Source: Iphione sp. A-MEVVRFRX5
Lineage: Eukaryota
NCBI GenBank assembly: GCA_976226885.1
Contig: OZ320313.1
Location: 70,432,001-70,496,000 of the forward strand
Direction: 5' to 3'
DNA: 64,000 bases
This document shows, piece after piece, positions 1 through 10,696 of this stretch (within the stretch, counting starts at the first letter, position 1; each line of letters opens with the position of its first letter). A program made the position numbers and the translations under genes. Below the pieces are notes generated by a model that was not told the DNA's origin, searched no databases, and was given only the letters and a program-made list of their open reading frames with translations.

Positions 1-260
1 CTCCCACACCTGTCTTGACTGTCCTGACTCCCGTCTACGCTCCTACGGAAGCACCGACCCGGAAATACGAAAGCGCCATTAAGAAGCAGCGGTGGCATGA
101 CGAAGCATTGATTTACAAAACGCTTGTCTGGTACCGGCTAACACTTGCCCAAAACCACAGCTCTTATTCACGCATATGATAAATGTCGCCTACATCTTAG
201 ACATTCAGAACAAACTTTAGCGTAGGTGGAAGTGGTCAGCCAAGAGTTCAGAGTTGTGTT

Positions 261-298
261 TGTTGTATTTATTAATACCATATTAGATATAAAGTGAC
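261..298 (+). repeat. Truncated 5' LTR of element A (first 38 bp only)
   Basis: 261-298 is identical to 5534-5571; the two sequences diverge after that. Confidence 0.85.
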
Positions 299-1114
299 AG
301 AAGAGAAATTTCAAGACAAGAGTGTTGGTAGACACTGAGGAGAGGTCCTTCTACATCCCTGAAGTGTTATAAGTGAAGGAATTGTGATTTAGAGACCAGA
401 ATTGCGATCGTAGCGTGAAGAACAGTGTAGGAAACATCTCTCCAGCATTAGATCATTGTGACGGTATAAAAGGCAGACAGGAGAAAGTTTTCTGTACATT
501 TGGAGTGCTTCCAGTGGGGAAATAATCAGAAACTTTTATTTGGATACATGCAACGTTGTTGGCACTCCAGAACCACGCTCAGCCAGCCAGGAGGGCTACA
601 AATCCCTTGGGACCCCCCTCATAGCGTCCCCCGGCCGATTTGGCACCAAAACATAGCGTGGGTACACTCCAGGCCCAGCCAGGAGGATATGCAAATCGCG
701 CAAAAGCTGTCAAAGTCGGTGAGGACTGTCTAGGAAGCGTGGGAACTACAGTAGGGAGGCCAGGACGAGCAGGACTGCATCTCAAAAGCTGTCAAAGTCG
801 GCTGAAGTAATCTAGGTGTATGGAAACTGATTGAAAGTGTTGGACGGCCCAGAAGACACCAGAACAGATAGAAACGAAGTTTGAATACTGATCAGAGTGA
901 GAAAAGGAGAACTTTGAAAGTTTAATCTGTAGTTGTGTTTGCCTGCCACTGTATTTTGTGTGTAGACCCTGACCTAAGGTAGGAAGAACTTTCATCATTT
1001 ATTTTCCCTGTTATTACTGTGTTGTGAACAGGAGGAGAAGATCAAGGAACCAGGTCAGTGATATTTATTTGACATCTATACTGTCATATTTTGTTGCGAA
1101 GAATTTGTTGTAAC

Positions 1115-4100
1115 ATGGCCGGCATCGACTTGAGCGATATGCGGGGTATGAAGCCGTTCGACCCGACCGGAGATGCCAGCATCGTAAGCGTCCGCTGGAA
1201 GGCGTGGATCGAAGAATTCGAGGCCTATGCGGACAGCAAGGGACTCTTCGTGACAGAAGGATCAGACGATAACAAGGCGCATTGGCGACGAGGATGGGAT
1301 GACATTGGCGACGAGGATGGGATGACATTGGCGACGAGGATAAAGACAGGAGACACCTCAGGACACTCAGGAACAAGTTTCAGTGAGTCTGTTCAAAGGA
1401 AAAGTGAAGTAGGCTTTTTATGCTTAAATGCAGGGAGCTACTCAAACAAGGGAAGAGTGAGGAAGCACACCCTCACTGAGCTTAGATGTGCACTTCTACT
1501 CTACACGGCTGGTGCAGCAGTGAGGGAGACCTTTAAGACGCTACCTGACCGAGGTGAGATGAAGGACTACTCTGCAGCACTGGCAGCCCTGAGGCAACAC
1601 TACGTGACAACGACGAATGCGACATACCAGCGACACGTGTTTAGGAAGGCGCAGCAAGTTGAGGAGACCGTCGCCCAGTACGTCACTCGACTGAAGCAGC
1701 TGTCAGAAGGCTGTGACTATGGAGATGAGCTGAACAACCAGATCCGGGACCAGGTAGTACAGCACTGTAGGTCTGACAAGCTGCGTCGCAAGCTGCTGGA
1801 GCGGGGTGACATGCTGACGCTTCCTGAAACACTGAACATCGCGTCAACATTTCAGGCTGTAGAGTCCCAGTTCACAGCAATGAAGCTAGAGAAGCAAGAA
1901 GTCTACAAGGTCGTATCCAAGAATACAAGGCCAAGGCGCAAGGATGGTGGTGACGAATGCTACCGATGTGGACGCAGGGGACATTTTGGTAAGGACCCAT
2001 CCTGCCCAGCCAAGGGACAGGAATGCAACAAGTGCGGAGGGCGAGACCACTTCGCGAAGATGTGCCGCTCCAAGGGGAAGACCCAGAAGAGAGAAGAAAA
2101 GGGCAACAAAAAGCCAAGAAAGCAGAAGACGAAGGTGCGTCACCTGGAGGACGACGACAGCTCAGATGAAGACACCCACACGTTCAACATTAAGAGCAAG
2201 TTCAAAGCTGACATGTTGACGATCAACATTGGTGGTGTCGACACAGGAGTGATCGTTGACTCCGGAAGTGACAGCAACATCATCGACCAGAAGCTGTGGG
2301 AAGAGCTCAAGGCAAAGCGGGTTAAGTGCAAATCGAGGAAATGCACTAAGCGTCTCTACCCGTATGCAGCTGACAAGCCACTCGAGACGCTTGGCACCTT
2401 TGAGGCAACCGTCAAGGCAGGCAGTCACGAGACGAGAGCTGAGTTTGTGGTTATTAAGGGCACAGGACCACCACTCCTCAGCAAGAAGACCGCAACAGAA
2501 CTCCAGATGCTGAAGATCGGCATAGACGTGCAGGCTGTCACGTCCAAGGAGGACCTGGAGAAGGAGTTCACCGAAGTATTCAACGGAATCGGTAAGCTGA
2601 AGGGACGGCAGGTGAAGCTGAGCATCAACCCAGAGGTGAAGCCGATAGCCCAGCCGGTGAGAAGAATGCCATTCGGACTTCGAGCAAAGGTCAAGGCGAA
2701 AGTCCAGGAGCTCATTGACAAGGACATCATTGAGCCCGTGGAGGAACCAACAGCATGGGTGAGCCCGGTTATGGTGGTTCCGAAGGCGAATGGGGAGATC
2801 CGTCTCTGCATGGACATGCGCCGCGTCAATGAAGCAGTTATGTGAGAGAGGCACCCGATCCCGACCATCGATGAGGTACTGCAGGAGATGAGCCAGAGTC
2901 ACATTTTCTCCAAACTGGATCTGCGCTATGGGTACCACCAGCTGGAACTTCATCCCGACTCATGGAACATCACGACGTTTTTGACACATTGTGGCCTATA
3001 CAGATACAAGAGATTGCTGTTTGGCATCAATGCAGCATCGGAGATCTACCAGCACGAGATCCACAAGGTAGTGCCACACCCGGTGCCACACCCGGTGTTG
3101 CGAACATCTCCGATGACATCATTGTCCACGGACGTGACCAAGTAGAGCACAACAAGCGACTGAGACAGGTGCTCGACAGATTGAGGAACGCCGGACTGAC
3201 ACTGAACAAGGAAAAGTGCCAGATCAGCAAGTCGCAGCTGACCTTCATGGGACACAAGCTGTCCGATAAAGGAATCAACCCAACGAAGGACAAGGTAGAA
3301 GCCGTGGTCCAGGCGAGAGAGCTGGAGAACATGAATGAAGTGAGGAGCTTCTTGGGACTCTTGAACTACTGTTCTCGATTCATCCCAAACTTTGCGACGC
3401 TAGCAGAACCATTGCGTGAGCTCACCAGGAAGAACAAGAAGTTCGAGTTCGGGAAAGACCAGAAAGAAGCATTCCGGAGGCTGAAAGAAGCACTGGCGAG
3501 TGCGAAGACCCTCGGATACTTCGATCTGAACGCCAAGACGAAGGTCATCGCGGATGCAAGTCCAGTCGGTCTGGGAGCAGTTCTGATCCAAGAACAAGAC
3601 GGATGCTCCAAGGTGATCAGCTATGCCAGCCGGAGCCTGACCGACATTGAGAGGCGTTACTCCCAGACGGAAAAAGAAGCGCTCGGACTAGTGTGGGCAT
3701 GTGAGAAGTTCCACTCATATCTCTATGGAATCAAGTTTGACCTTCTCACTGACCACAAGCAACTGGAGGCGATATATTCACCGCGATCCAAGCCATGTGC
3801 GAGAGTCGAGCGATGGGTACTGCGGATGCAACCCTACCAGTTCAAGGTAGTCCATATTCCTGGGACGAAGAACATCGCCGACCCACTCTCAAGACTACTC
3901 ACTTCGACCAGGAGTAAGTCTAGCTTCGGAACACAGGCCGAAGAATATGTGAAGTTTGTCGCCATCGCCGCGACCCCAAGAGCCCTGACAACCCGCGAGG
4001 TTGAAGATGCATCAGGTAAAGACGCAGATCTCAAGGAGATCCGAAAGTGCATCAGGACTGGCAAGTGGGACACCTGTAGTCAGAAGCTGATGCGAGCAAT

Positions 4101-5289
4101 CAGCAATGAGCTCTGCGTCATTGGAAAGCTAGTGCTCAGGGGCACACGCATCGTAGTGCCACGCAGCCTGCGACAGAGAATTACGAGCCTAGCACACGAG
4201 GGACATCTCGGAATCGTCGGCACCAAACAGAACCTGCGAACAAAGGTTTGGTGGCCAGGAATGGAAAAGGACGTCGAAAAATTCTGCCGATCGTGTCATG
4301 GTTGCCAGGTGGTGAGTCGACCGAATCCACCTGAACCAAAGAGAAGCACTAGTCTACCAGCAGGACCATGGGAAGACCTAGCAGTGGATTTCATGGGACC
4401 GCTGCCAAGTGGAGAATCTGTACTCATAGTCATTGATTACTACAGCCGATACTACGAGGTAGAGGTCATGAAATCGACAACGGCAGAGAAGACGGTGAAG
4501 AGTTTGTCAAGAATATTTGCTCGACACGGCCTACCACTGTCACTGTCATCTGACAATGGCCCCCAGTTCAGATCTGATATCTTCAGGAAATATATGGCTG
4601 ACATGGGCATCGAGCACCACCGAGTGACACCGAAGTGGCCACAAGCCAACGGGGAGGTCGAGCGACAAAACCAGTCACTCCTTAAACGCATGAAGATTGC
4701 GCAAGCTGAAGGGAAAGACTGGAAGTATGCCATCACTACGTATGTGGCAGCCTACCGTGCCACACCCCACTCGACAACGGGAAGGAGCCCTGCAGAACTA
4801 CTCTTTGGCAGGAAGATCCGGATGAAGCTTCCCCATCTGACATCAGATCTTCTCGACCAGGAAACGAGGGATCGAGACGCGGAGAAAAAGGGGAAAGCCA
4901 GACTCTACACCGACAAGAAGAGAAGAGCGCAGGAGTCTGACATCTCGGCAGGAGATGCAGTCCTGCTGAAACAAGAGAAAACAACCAAACTGGACACACC
5001 ATTCCAACCCGAGCCATACAAAGTTGTGTCCAAGAACGGTAATCAAGTTACCATCGAATCTGCAGATGGCACTCAGTACGATCGAAACAGTACGCATGTA
5101 CGCAAGTACCATCAACCACAGACAGAAGAACAAGGCGTACTAGCACCAGAAGTCACTAGTGCAGAGGCACCAGATAGTGCTCTTGAAGAGCAAAGCAGTG
5201 CTCCCGAACTGCCACCAACCCCAGCGAGCGCCAGACCGAAGAGGTCTAGAACTGTGCCATCCAAGTTTAAAGACTTTGTGATGAAGTAA
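1115..5289 (+). pseudogene. gag-pol polyprotein of element A, disrupted
   Basis: Knuckles CYRCGRRGHFGKDPSC and CNKCGGRDHFAKMC; protease IVDSGS; RT WVSP, KLDLRYGYHQ, ISDDII; RNase H DASPVGLGAV and ERRYSQTEKEAL; integrase HEGHLG/CRSCHGC, SDNGPQF, ANGEVER. Nonsense TGA at 2843-2845; frameshift at ~3065-3095 next to a 12-bp tandem duplication; 68-codon insertion at 1280-1483. Confidence 0.92.
1283..1341 (+). other. Tandem array of three tRNA-Ser(GCU)-type primer-binding sites inside gag
   Basis: TGGCGACGAGGATGGGAT at 1283-1300 and 1306-1323, TGGCGACGAGGAT at 1329-1341, separated by GACAT (period 23). Reverse complement of the recalled metazoan tRNA-Ser(GCU) 3' end ATCCCATCCTCGTCGCCA. Confidence 0.8.
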
Positions 5290-5533
5290 CAAGGACATCA
5301 CATATTCCAGAACAGCAGTTAGCATAGGGCAGAATAATCCCGTAGTGCAACTGACTGAGCAAGCTGGCAGTTTACCAGACTTGCTATTTCATTAAAGAAG
5401 TCTACATTTTCTGTAAAGGTTTATAATATCAGAATGGAGGAATTTATATACATTATTAAGAGACATTTGAAAGACATTTAATAATCTAATCAAGAGACAT
5501 TCTGTGATATGCATTATTCCCAAAAGGGAGGGA

Positions 5534-5727
5534 TGTTGTATTTATTAATACCATATTAGATATAAAGTGACTACCTCTATATTGGTTATCCAGTGTACAC
5601 TCCCACCCCTGGTGGCAACCTTCAGAATAAATCAGTTAGCTCCACCACCTCCACCAAGCATGTAGTGCTGTTGTCTGTCTCTCTACATAAACCTAAATAT
5701 CCAGTTTAAATACTGAAGGATACAACA
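5534..5727 (+). repeat. 3' LTR of element A (194 bp)
   Basis: Follows the PPT; TG...CA ends with an 8-bp inverted terminus; contains AATAAA; followed by the TSD. Confidence 0.88.
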
Positions 5728-6146
5728 GTGTTCTACGTGGGGCCACTGAGCTAGAGCAGAGTTACGTAAGAGTACGTGACACTCAGGTACCGGTAGGCCT
5801 ACATATTTTCTGAACCAAGGGTTCAAGAAGTAACCCCCTCCCCAGGAGCTATCTTTGCTTCTTACAAGCGCCTTTGGTGTCTGCACTGATGTCTTTGTAG
5901 CATGTTGAGGGTGGCTGGGGAGATGTCAGACTGGGGATGGGGGAAGGGGTCAAAGTACAGACTCATCTGGCCTTTTACAGCTACAGTTCTGCTTTGAACA
6001 GTGAACAGAGGGGAGTAGGAATACACCTCTTTGCAGAAAATAGGGCCACATATGTCAGCTCCCATGGCCAGACTACTTTCAGGCAAAGTTTTATATATGT
6101 AGTGTAAAAATATATGTAGTGTAACAAGCGCCTTTGGCACTTGCCC

Positions 6147-6309
6147 NNNNNNNNNNNNNNNNNNNNNNNNNNNNNNNNNNNNNNNNNNNNNNNNNNNNNN
6201 NNNNNNNNNNNNNNNNNNNNNNNNNNNNNNNNNNNNNNNNNNNNNNNNNNNNNNNNNNNNNNNNNNNNNNNNNNNNNNNNNNNNNNNNNNNNNNNNNNNN
6301 NNNNNNNNN
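6147..6309. other. Assembly gap (N run)
   Basis: Run of N bases. Confidence 1.
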
Positions 6310-6954
6310 TACATGTAGCCCCGACCGTAGCGGTGTAGCGCCAACCGTAGCGACCTGTTGACCTGATTAGGCTAAACCAGGCTGATCTCTCATTGGCTGT
6401 TCCCCTAAGTATGTCAATGTCAAACCAAATGATGACAATATCTCTACACCAACTGAAAAAGGAGTGCAGTTCCTCCCACTGATAACTAATAATAATCTCT
6501 TTTCATGATCAAAATATAGATAAATATTCTTCTTTCTTAATTAAGTATGCTTAGGTATACTTCAGTAAAATAAATAGGGCACTTTCTTGAAGTAACATCC
6601 CTATGAGATGAGACTTCATGGGGATGAACTACTTTTGGGAGACATTTTTAATAGGTAGTGTAACAAGTTGCTTCGCAAAAAAAAATAAATAAACACTTGT
6701 AGTGATTGATAATTTACACACACCGTACCACCTCCAGTTACTCATTTACAATACCAGTACCCAAAGTACATGTACAGTAAAAAAAAATCATTACACACGG
6801 CTTCACCTTGTAGACTACCATACAACCACCACCCCTTAAATGCTCACCATACCCAGAGTCTGATACCCAACTGTGCACCTATCTTACTACACTACCCGGG
6901 ACACTACCCCCCCTTACCCACTCACCATACCGGTACATAAAAGTCTGACAATAG

Positions 6955-7077
6955 GTTTAGGTACCGGTATGCATTCTTAAAAGTTGTGCAGTATTTTAAC
7001 CACATCGCCCAAGACTGCAGGTGGAGGGCAAAGGTGGTTAAATTACTGCACAACTTTTTAAGAATGGGTACCTAAAC
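6955..7077. repeat. Foldback (palindromic) MITE-like element
   Basis: Left arm TTTAGGTACC..CATTCTTAAAAGTTGTGCAGTA..AACCAC pairs with right arm GTGGTT..TACTGCACAACTTTTTAAGAATGGGTACCTAAA. Confidence 0.7.
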
Positions 7078-7649
7078 GTAGTTCTGCCAACGATAAAATA
7101 AACAAGTGGATGGAATACATTGAAATGTAATCATTATTTAAAGCGGCATCTTGTATGACTTAGACAAAAACGCACTTGACAACCACCATTTTAGTTATGT
7201 ACTTATCATACAAAGAATTTGATTGGATGAAATATGAAATCTCACCAAAGCACATTGGCGTGAGAAGTTGTTTTGTTACACGACCTATTAAAAACATTGC
7301 CTGAAAGTAGTCTGTCCCCATGAAATCTCACCTCATACTGATGTGACTTCAGAAAGAAACAGTATTTTTAGATTCAATGGTATATTTGTGAATATTATTC
7401 AAATAGATGAAGGAACGGCATATTTTGCTCCTTGAAATAGACAATCTTTGAATGCATATAGATGTTTATGCACTATTTTCTTGAGCTGCATGTAGTAATA
7501 CACCCAGTGACCTTGACCTTCAAATGGTAACAAAGAAAGAGAGCTCCATGATATGCAACCAATCCAGGTGCCAAAGGCACTTGTTGACATTAAAATTAAA
7601 GATGCTACATTGGATTTCAGAAGCAATATGTGTAGAGAGAGGAGCAGGC

Positions 7650-8012
7650 AAAGAGCATCGTACTAACAAGAGAGTCAACTCCTGCAAAATCGTGTAACAG
7701 GCATGGATGGTGCTGCCTTCTAGTGTTATGACTGTACACTTTCATCCTTAGCCAATCAGAGCTTATGAAACTGTTCTATGTAGGAAAAAGAAAAAAAGGT
7801 TTTTTAAATATTGCTGACAGTTAGTTTCACCTATCCTATAGGCCTTGTGAATAATTATAGCATAGAAAAGCAAGTAAACTAATTGTGTAGAAATTGAAAT
7901 CTGAAATGATTTTTGGCAAAATGTACAGTTATACCACTAGGTGGCCAGGTCCCCAGTGCTGTTGCGCTTAGACCAATGGGAGTTGACACTCTTGTTAGTA
8001 CGACACTCTTTT
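7650..8012. mobile_element. MITE-like element with ~25-30-bp TIRs
   Basis: TCGTACTAACAAGAGAGTCAACTCC (7658-7682) pairs with GGAGTTGACACTCTTGTTAGTACGA (7979-8003), one mismatch. Confidence 0.6.
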
Positions 8013-8324
8013 GAGCAGGTCTGAGCTAGTGGTAAGCAGGAAGTGCTTTATTGAGTCTCTAAGTAGCGAGAGTTACAAAATTCAATATGGTGGTGGTAAA
8101 CATTTCAATTGTCTCCCTTTTTTTAAAAGAAAAAAAGCTTAAGTGTTTAAGAAAGTTTTTAGTTTTCATAAGATCTGGAAAGAGTCTTTTAAGATTGAGT
8201 CTTTTCAAATTGAAGAAATGTCTGTGATGGACTTTGTTTATGTGAAGGAAATCATTGCCATCAACTGTGGCTCATTGCTGTGATGTTAGTGGCATTATTC
8301 TGGGCATTGTGTAACATCTTGTTG

Positions 8325-9108
8325 CTACTTTTTAACATTGTCTTTCGCCAAGTATGCTGGTGGTCTGGATGTGTGACCAGATCTTGTAACTGCTCTCAGC
8401 TTGCCTGAAGGGGTCTTGGTTGGACTAACAGACTCAGGCTGTGGACATACTGGAACAGGTGCCTGGTTTGTGACTGGCACAATCACTGGCTGTGGTGGTG
8501 CAGGGCTTGATTGGTGAGGTGCGTCAAGCCTTTCCTGAGTCCCCCTAAGTGGTGATGGTTTCGTCATAACAGCTGGTGATTGGCATTGACTATGTAGGAG
8601 CAAGGACCAACCTTTTCTTGTACTGTACCTAGAGTCCAGGCAAACGATGTTTGTGGTTTCACTTGGACTCCCACTGGTTGTCCAATTGTCAACTGTAGCA
8701 ATGGCTTGATGCTGCGGTCATAACTGCGCTTGTTCTTCTGTTTCCTCTTAGCCAGCATTTCAGGTACAGCATTGACAATGTGAGGCACATACTTTGTCTC
8801 AGCTGCAGATAGTAGTGACTTGGTATGTCTGGACATGAGTCACTCTGCAGGACTGGAGTGCAGGTCTTGGGATGGTGTGTTATGTTGTTCAAGCAGCATG
8901 ATATAGATGTCTGTCTTGTTCTTCTTCGCCCTTTTCATCAGATTTTTGGCAACTTTTACTGCTGCTTTGGCTCTGCCATTACCTTGTGGACAACGTGGTG
9001 AACTGGTGACATGTTTGAACTTGTATTTCCTTGCAAACTCTGCAAACTCACTCAACGCATAGTTAGTTCCATTGTCAGTGATAAGAACTGATGGAATTCC
9101 ATGTACAG
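8325..9108 (-). pseudogene. C-terminal integrase fragment of a Mag-like Gypsy element
   Basis: VHGIPSVLITDNG...FKHVTSSPRCPQGNGRA; GPY/F-like WTLGTV..KVGPCSYIV; tail RSGHTSRPPAYL. Frameshifted. PPT-like AAAAAAGGGAGA on the minus strand near 8111-8124. Confidence 0.85.
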
Positions 9109-9209
9109 ACGTGACTCCAAGTCTGAACACTCAAAAAGTGAATTTCCCTAAATCTGAAAAATTTTTCTGGGAACCAAACATTTTTCTCTATTTAGACACT
9201 CATATATAT

Positions 9210-9475
9210 TGTTGGTGGAGGGGTTTGTTCGATGTCGGCAGAGGGGATTTTCAGGTCAGGGCAGAGGGACGGAGGCTTAGTGCGGGTTTGGCGGACGGAG
9301 CGCGGAGGCGGAGGAGGTGCAGAGGGGCTTTTTGTCTATATAAGTGGAAGCGGCGGAGGCGGAGTTCAGTTGTTGTTTGTACCATCATTATGCATGTACT
9401 CTTCTCGGAATAAATTTCACAGTTCAATTCACTGAGGAGTGGAACTTCTTTATTACGAAATGGCCAAAGCTAACA
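9210..9475 (+). repeat. 5' LTR of element B
   Basis: TGTTGG...CTAACA; TATATAA and AATAAA motifs; ~95% identical to 17436-17701. Confidence 0.95.
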
Positions 9476-9476
9476 T

Positions 9477-9494
9477 TGGTGGCAGCGGTGGGAT
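9477..9494 (+). other. Primer-binding site complementary to tRNA-Leu (AAG/UAG type)
   Basis: TGGTGGCAGCGGTGGGAT one base after the LTR end; complement of the recalled tRNA-Leu 3' end ATCCCACCGCTGCCACCA. Confidence 0.85.
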
Positions 9495-9607
9495 ACGGTG
9501 CCGGGGAAGGGACCAGGATACTCAGGACCCTTCATCTGCTAAGCACCCGGCATCGACCAGGCGGCCCACGGAGGTAGAAGGACCTGAGAGAAGAGTAACC
9601 CGTAGCG

Positions 9608-10696
9608 GTGGGGGAGGACGCCGGCTCGACGACGTGGGAGAACAACACAACAGAAGGCCCAAGCGGCCAGCTCGGACCCCTTCCCGCCTGTGGGGCAGCT
9701 GAGGGGATGGAGGCGGATGGACCTGAGGGTCCGCCCGCGGAGGCGGAAGCGGTGGAGGTAGTTCCCCACAGGAGCCCCAGGATGCGGTGGCACCCACGGG
9801 AAGGTCCACATCTGTGGACGGAACTGTTTCTGAGTCCAACTCAGACCCCGAGTTGGATGTTATCAGCGGCGAGGAGTCGGCGGAGGAGGAGAAAGAGATC
9901 GCCGTGGTGGAGGTAGGTGGGGCACAACGAGGTCAGGTCAAGCCCAAATCCTTTGATGGGACCCAGGACTGGGAGGACTACCTCCACCACTTTAATCTCG
10001 TGGCGATGGTAAATAAATAAACTGGGAGTCTGCCTCCGTGGGCCAGCACGAGCAGCTATGAGGGCAGCTAGAGTAGACGTTAACACACGGGCAGCATTCC
10101 ATACCCTGGTCAAGACTTTGGCCGCGAGGTTCCAGTCTCCTGAGCAAGTAGACATATTCAAGCAGAGGCTTAAGTCATACAGGCAAAAAATGGGGGAGGA
10201 CCTGCTTCAGTTAGTGTACGCGATAGAGCGCCTGGTCCAGAGGGCTTACCCGGGCATCAAGGGACATTTGGCAGAAGAGCTGTGCAGAGAGAGTTTCGTA
10301 CAGGCAGTGAAGGATGAGCGCATTAGACAGTGGATTGTCCAGAAGAGGGTGGAGGGATTCCGGGCCACAGTGTCTGAGGCCGCCTTCGCCAAAGCTTATT
10401 ATAAGAATCGGGAGGAGAGGGAGAGCAGGAAAAACATGGGCGGAGGTACCTGAACCAGGTGCAACGTGGTGTTGGTGGAGGGAGTCAACAAGGTGGTGCC
10501 GGGGCCTGCCCCCACGGCGACGGAGGAACTCCTGCTGAAGTTGGCAGAGCGAATTGAAAGTTTGGAAGGGAAGTGGAAGACTTCAGGCAGTCAGAAGAAG
10601 ACAGGGTGTTTGCACTGTGGAAAGGAGGGGCACTTTAGGCGTGAATGTCCGGAGAAGCCCAAACTGGTGGAAAACGACAAGCCGTCCTCCCAGTAA
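9608..10696 (+). pseudogene. gag of element B, with stops and frameshifts
   Basis: QVKPKSFDGTQDWEDYLHHF; LAARF...IFKQRL; zinc knuckle CLHCGKEGHFRREC. Confidence 0.85.

Larger units (their letters stand above)
261..5727 (+). mobile_element. Ty3/Gypsy LTR retrotransposon A (Mag-like), decayed
   Basis: Termini TGTTGTAT...ATACAACA; 5-bp TSD GTGTT at 256-260 and 5728-5732; PPT AAAAGGGAGGGA at 5522-5533; gag with two zinc knuckles, then protease, RT, RNase H and integrase. Confidence 0.92.

Noticed and set aside
1283-1341. CRISPR-like repeat-spacer array
   Set aside because: Eukaryotic context, spacers are identical 5-mers, only 2.5 units, no cas genes; explained as PBS copies.
2162-2953. 263-aa antisense ORF opposite the pol of element A
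   Set aside because: Typical antisense shadow of a codon-biased coding region.
5862-6361. ORFs spanning the first N run (and those at 43392-43913)
   Set aside because: Artefacts of translating assembly gaps.
6429-6455. C/D-box snoRNA (ATGATGA...CTGA)
   Set aside because: The boxes are only ~17 nt apart, with no terminal stem.
7993-8102. 3' LTR of the minus-strand Mag-like fragment
   Set aside because: A PPT-like tract and AATAAA are present, but the apparent CA end falls inside a MITE TIR and there is no second copy to confirm it.
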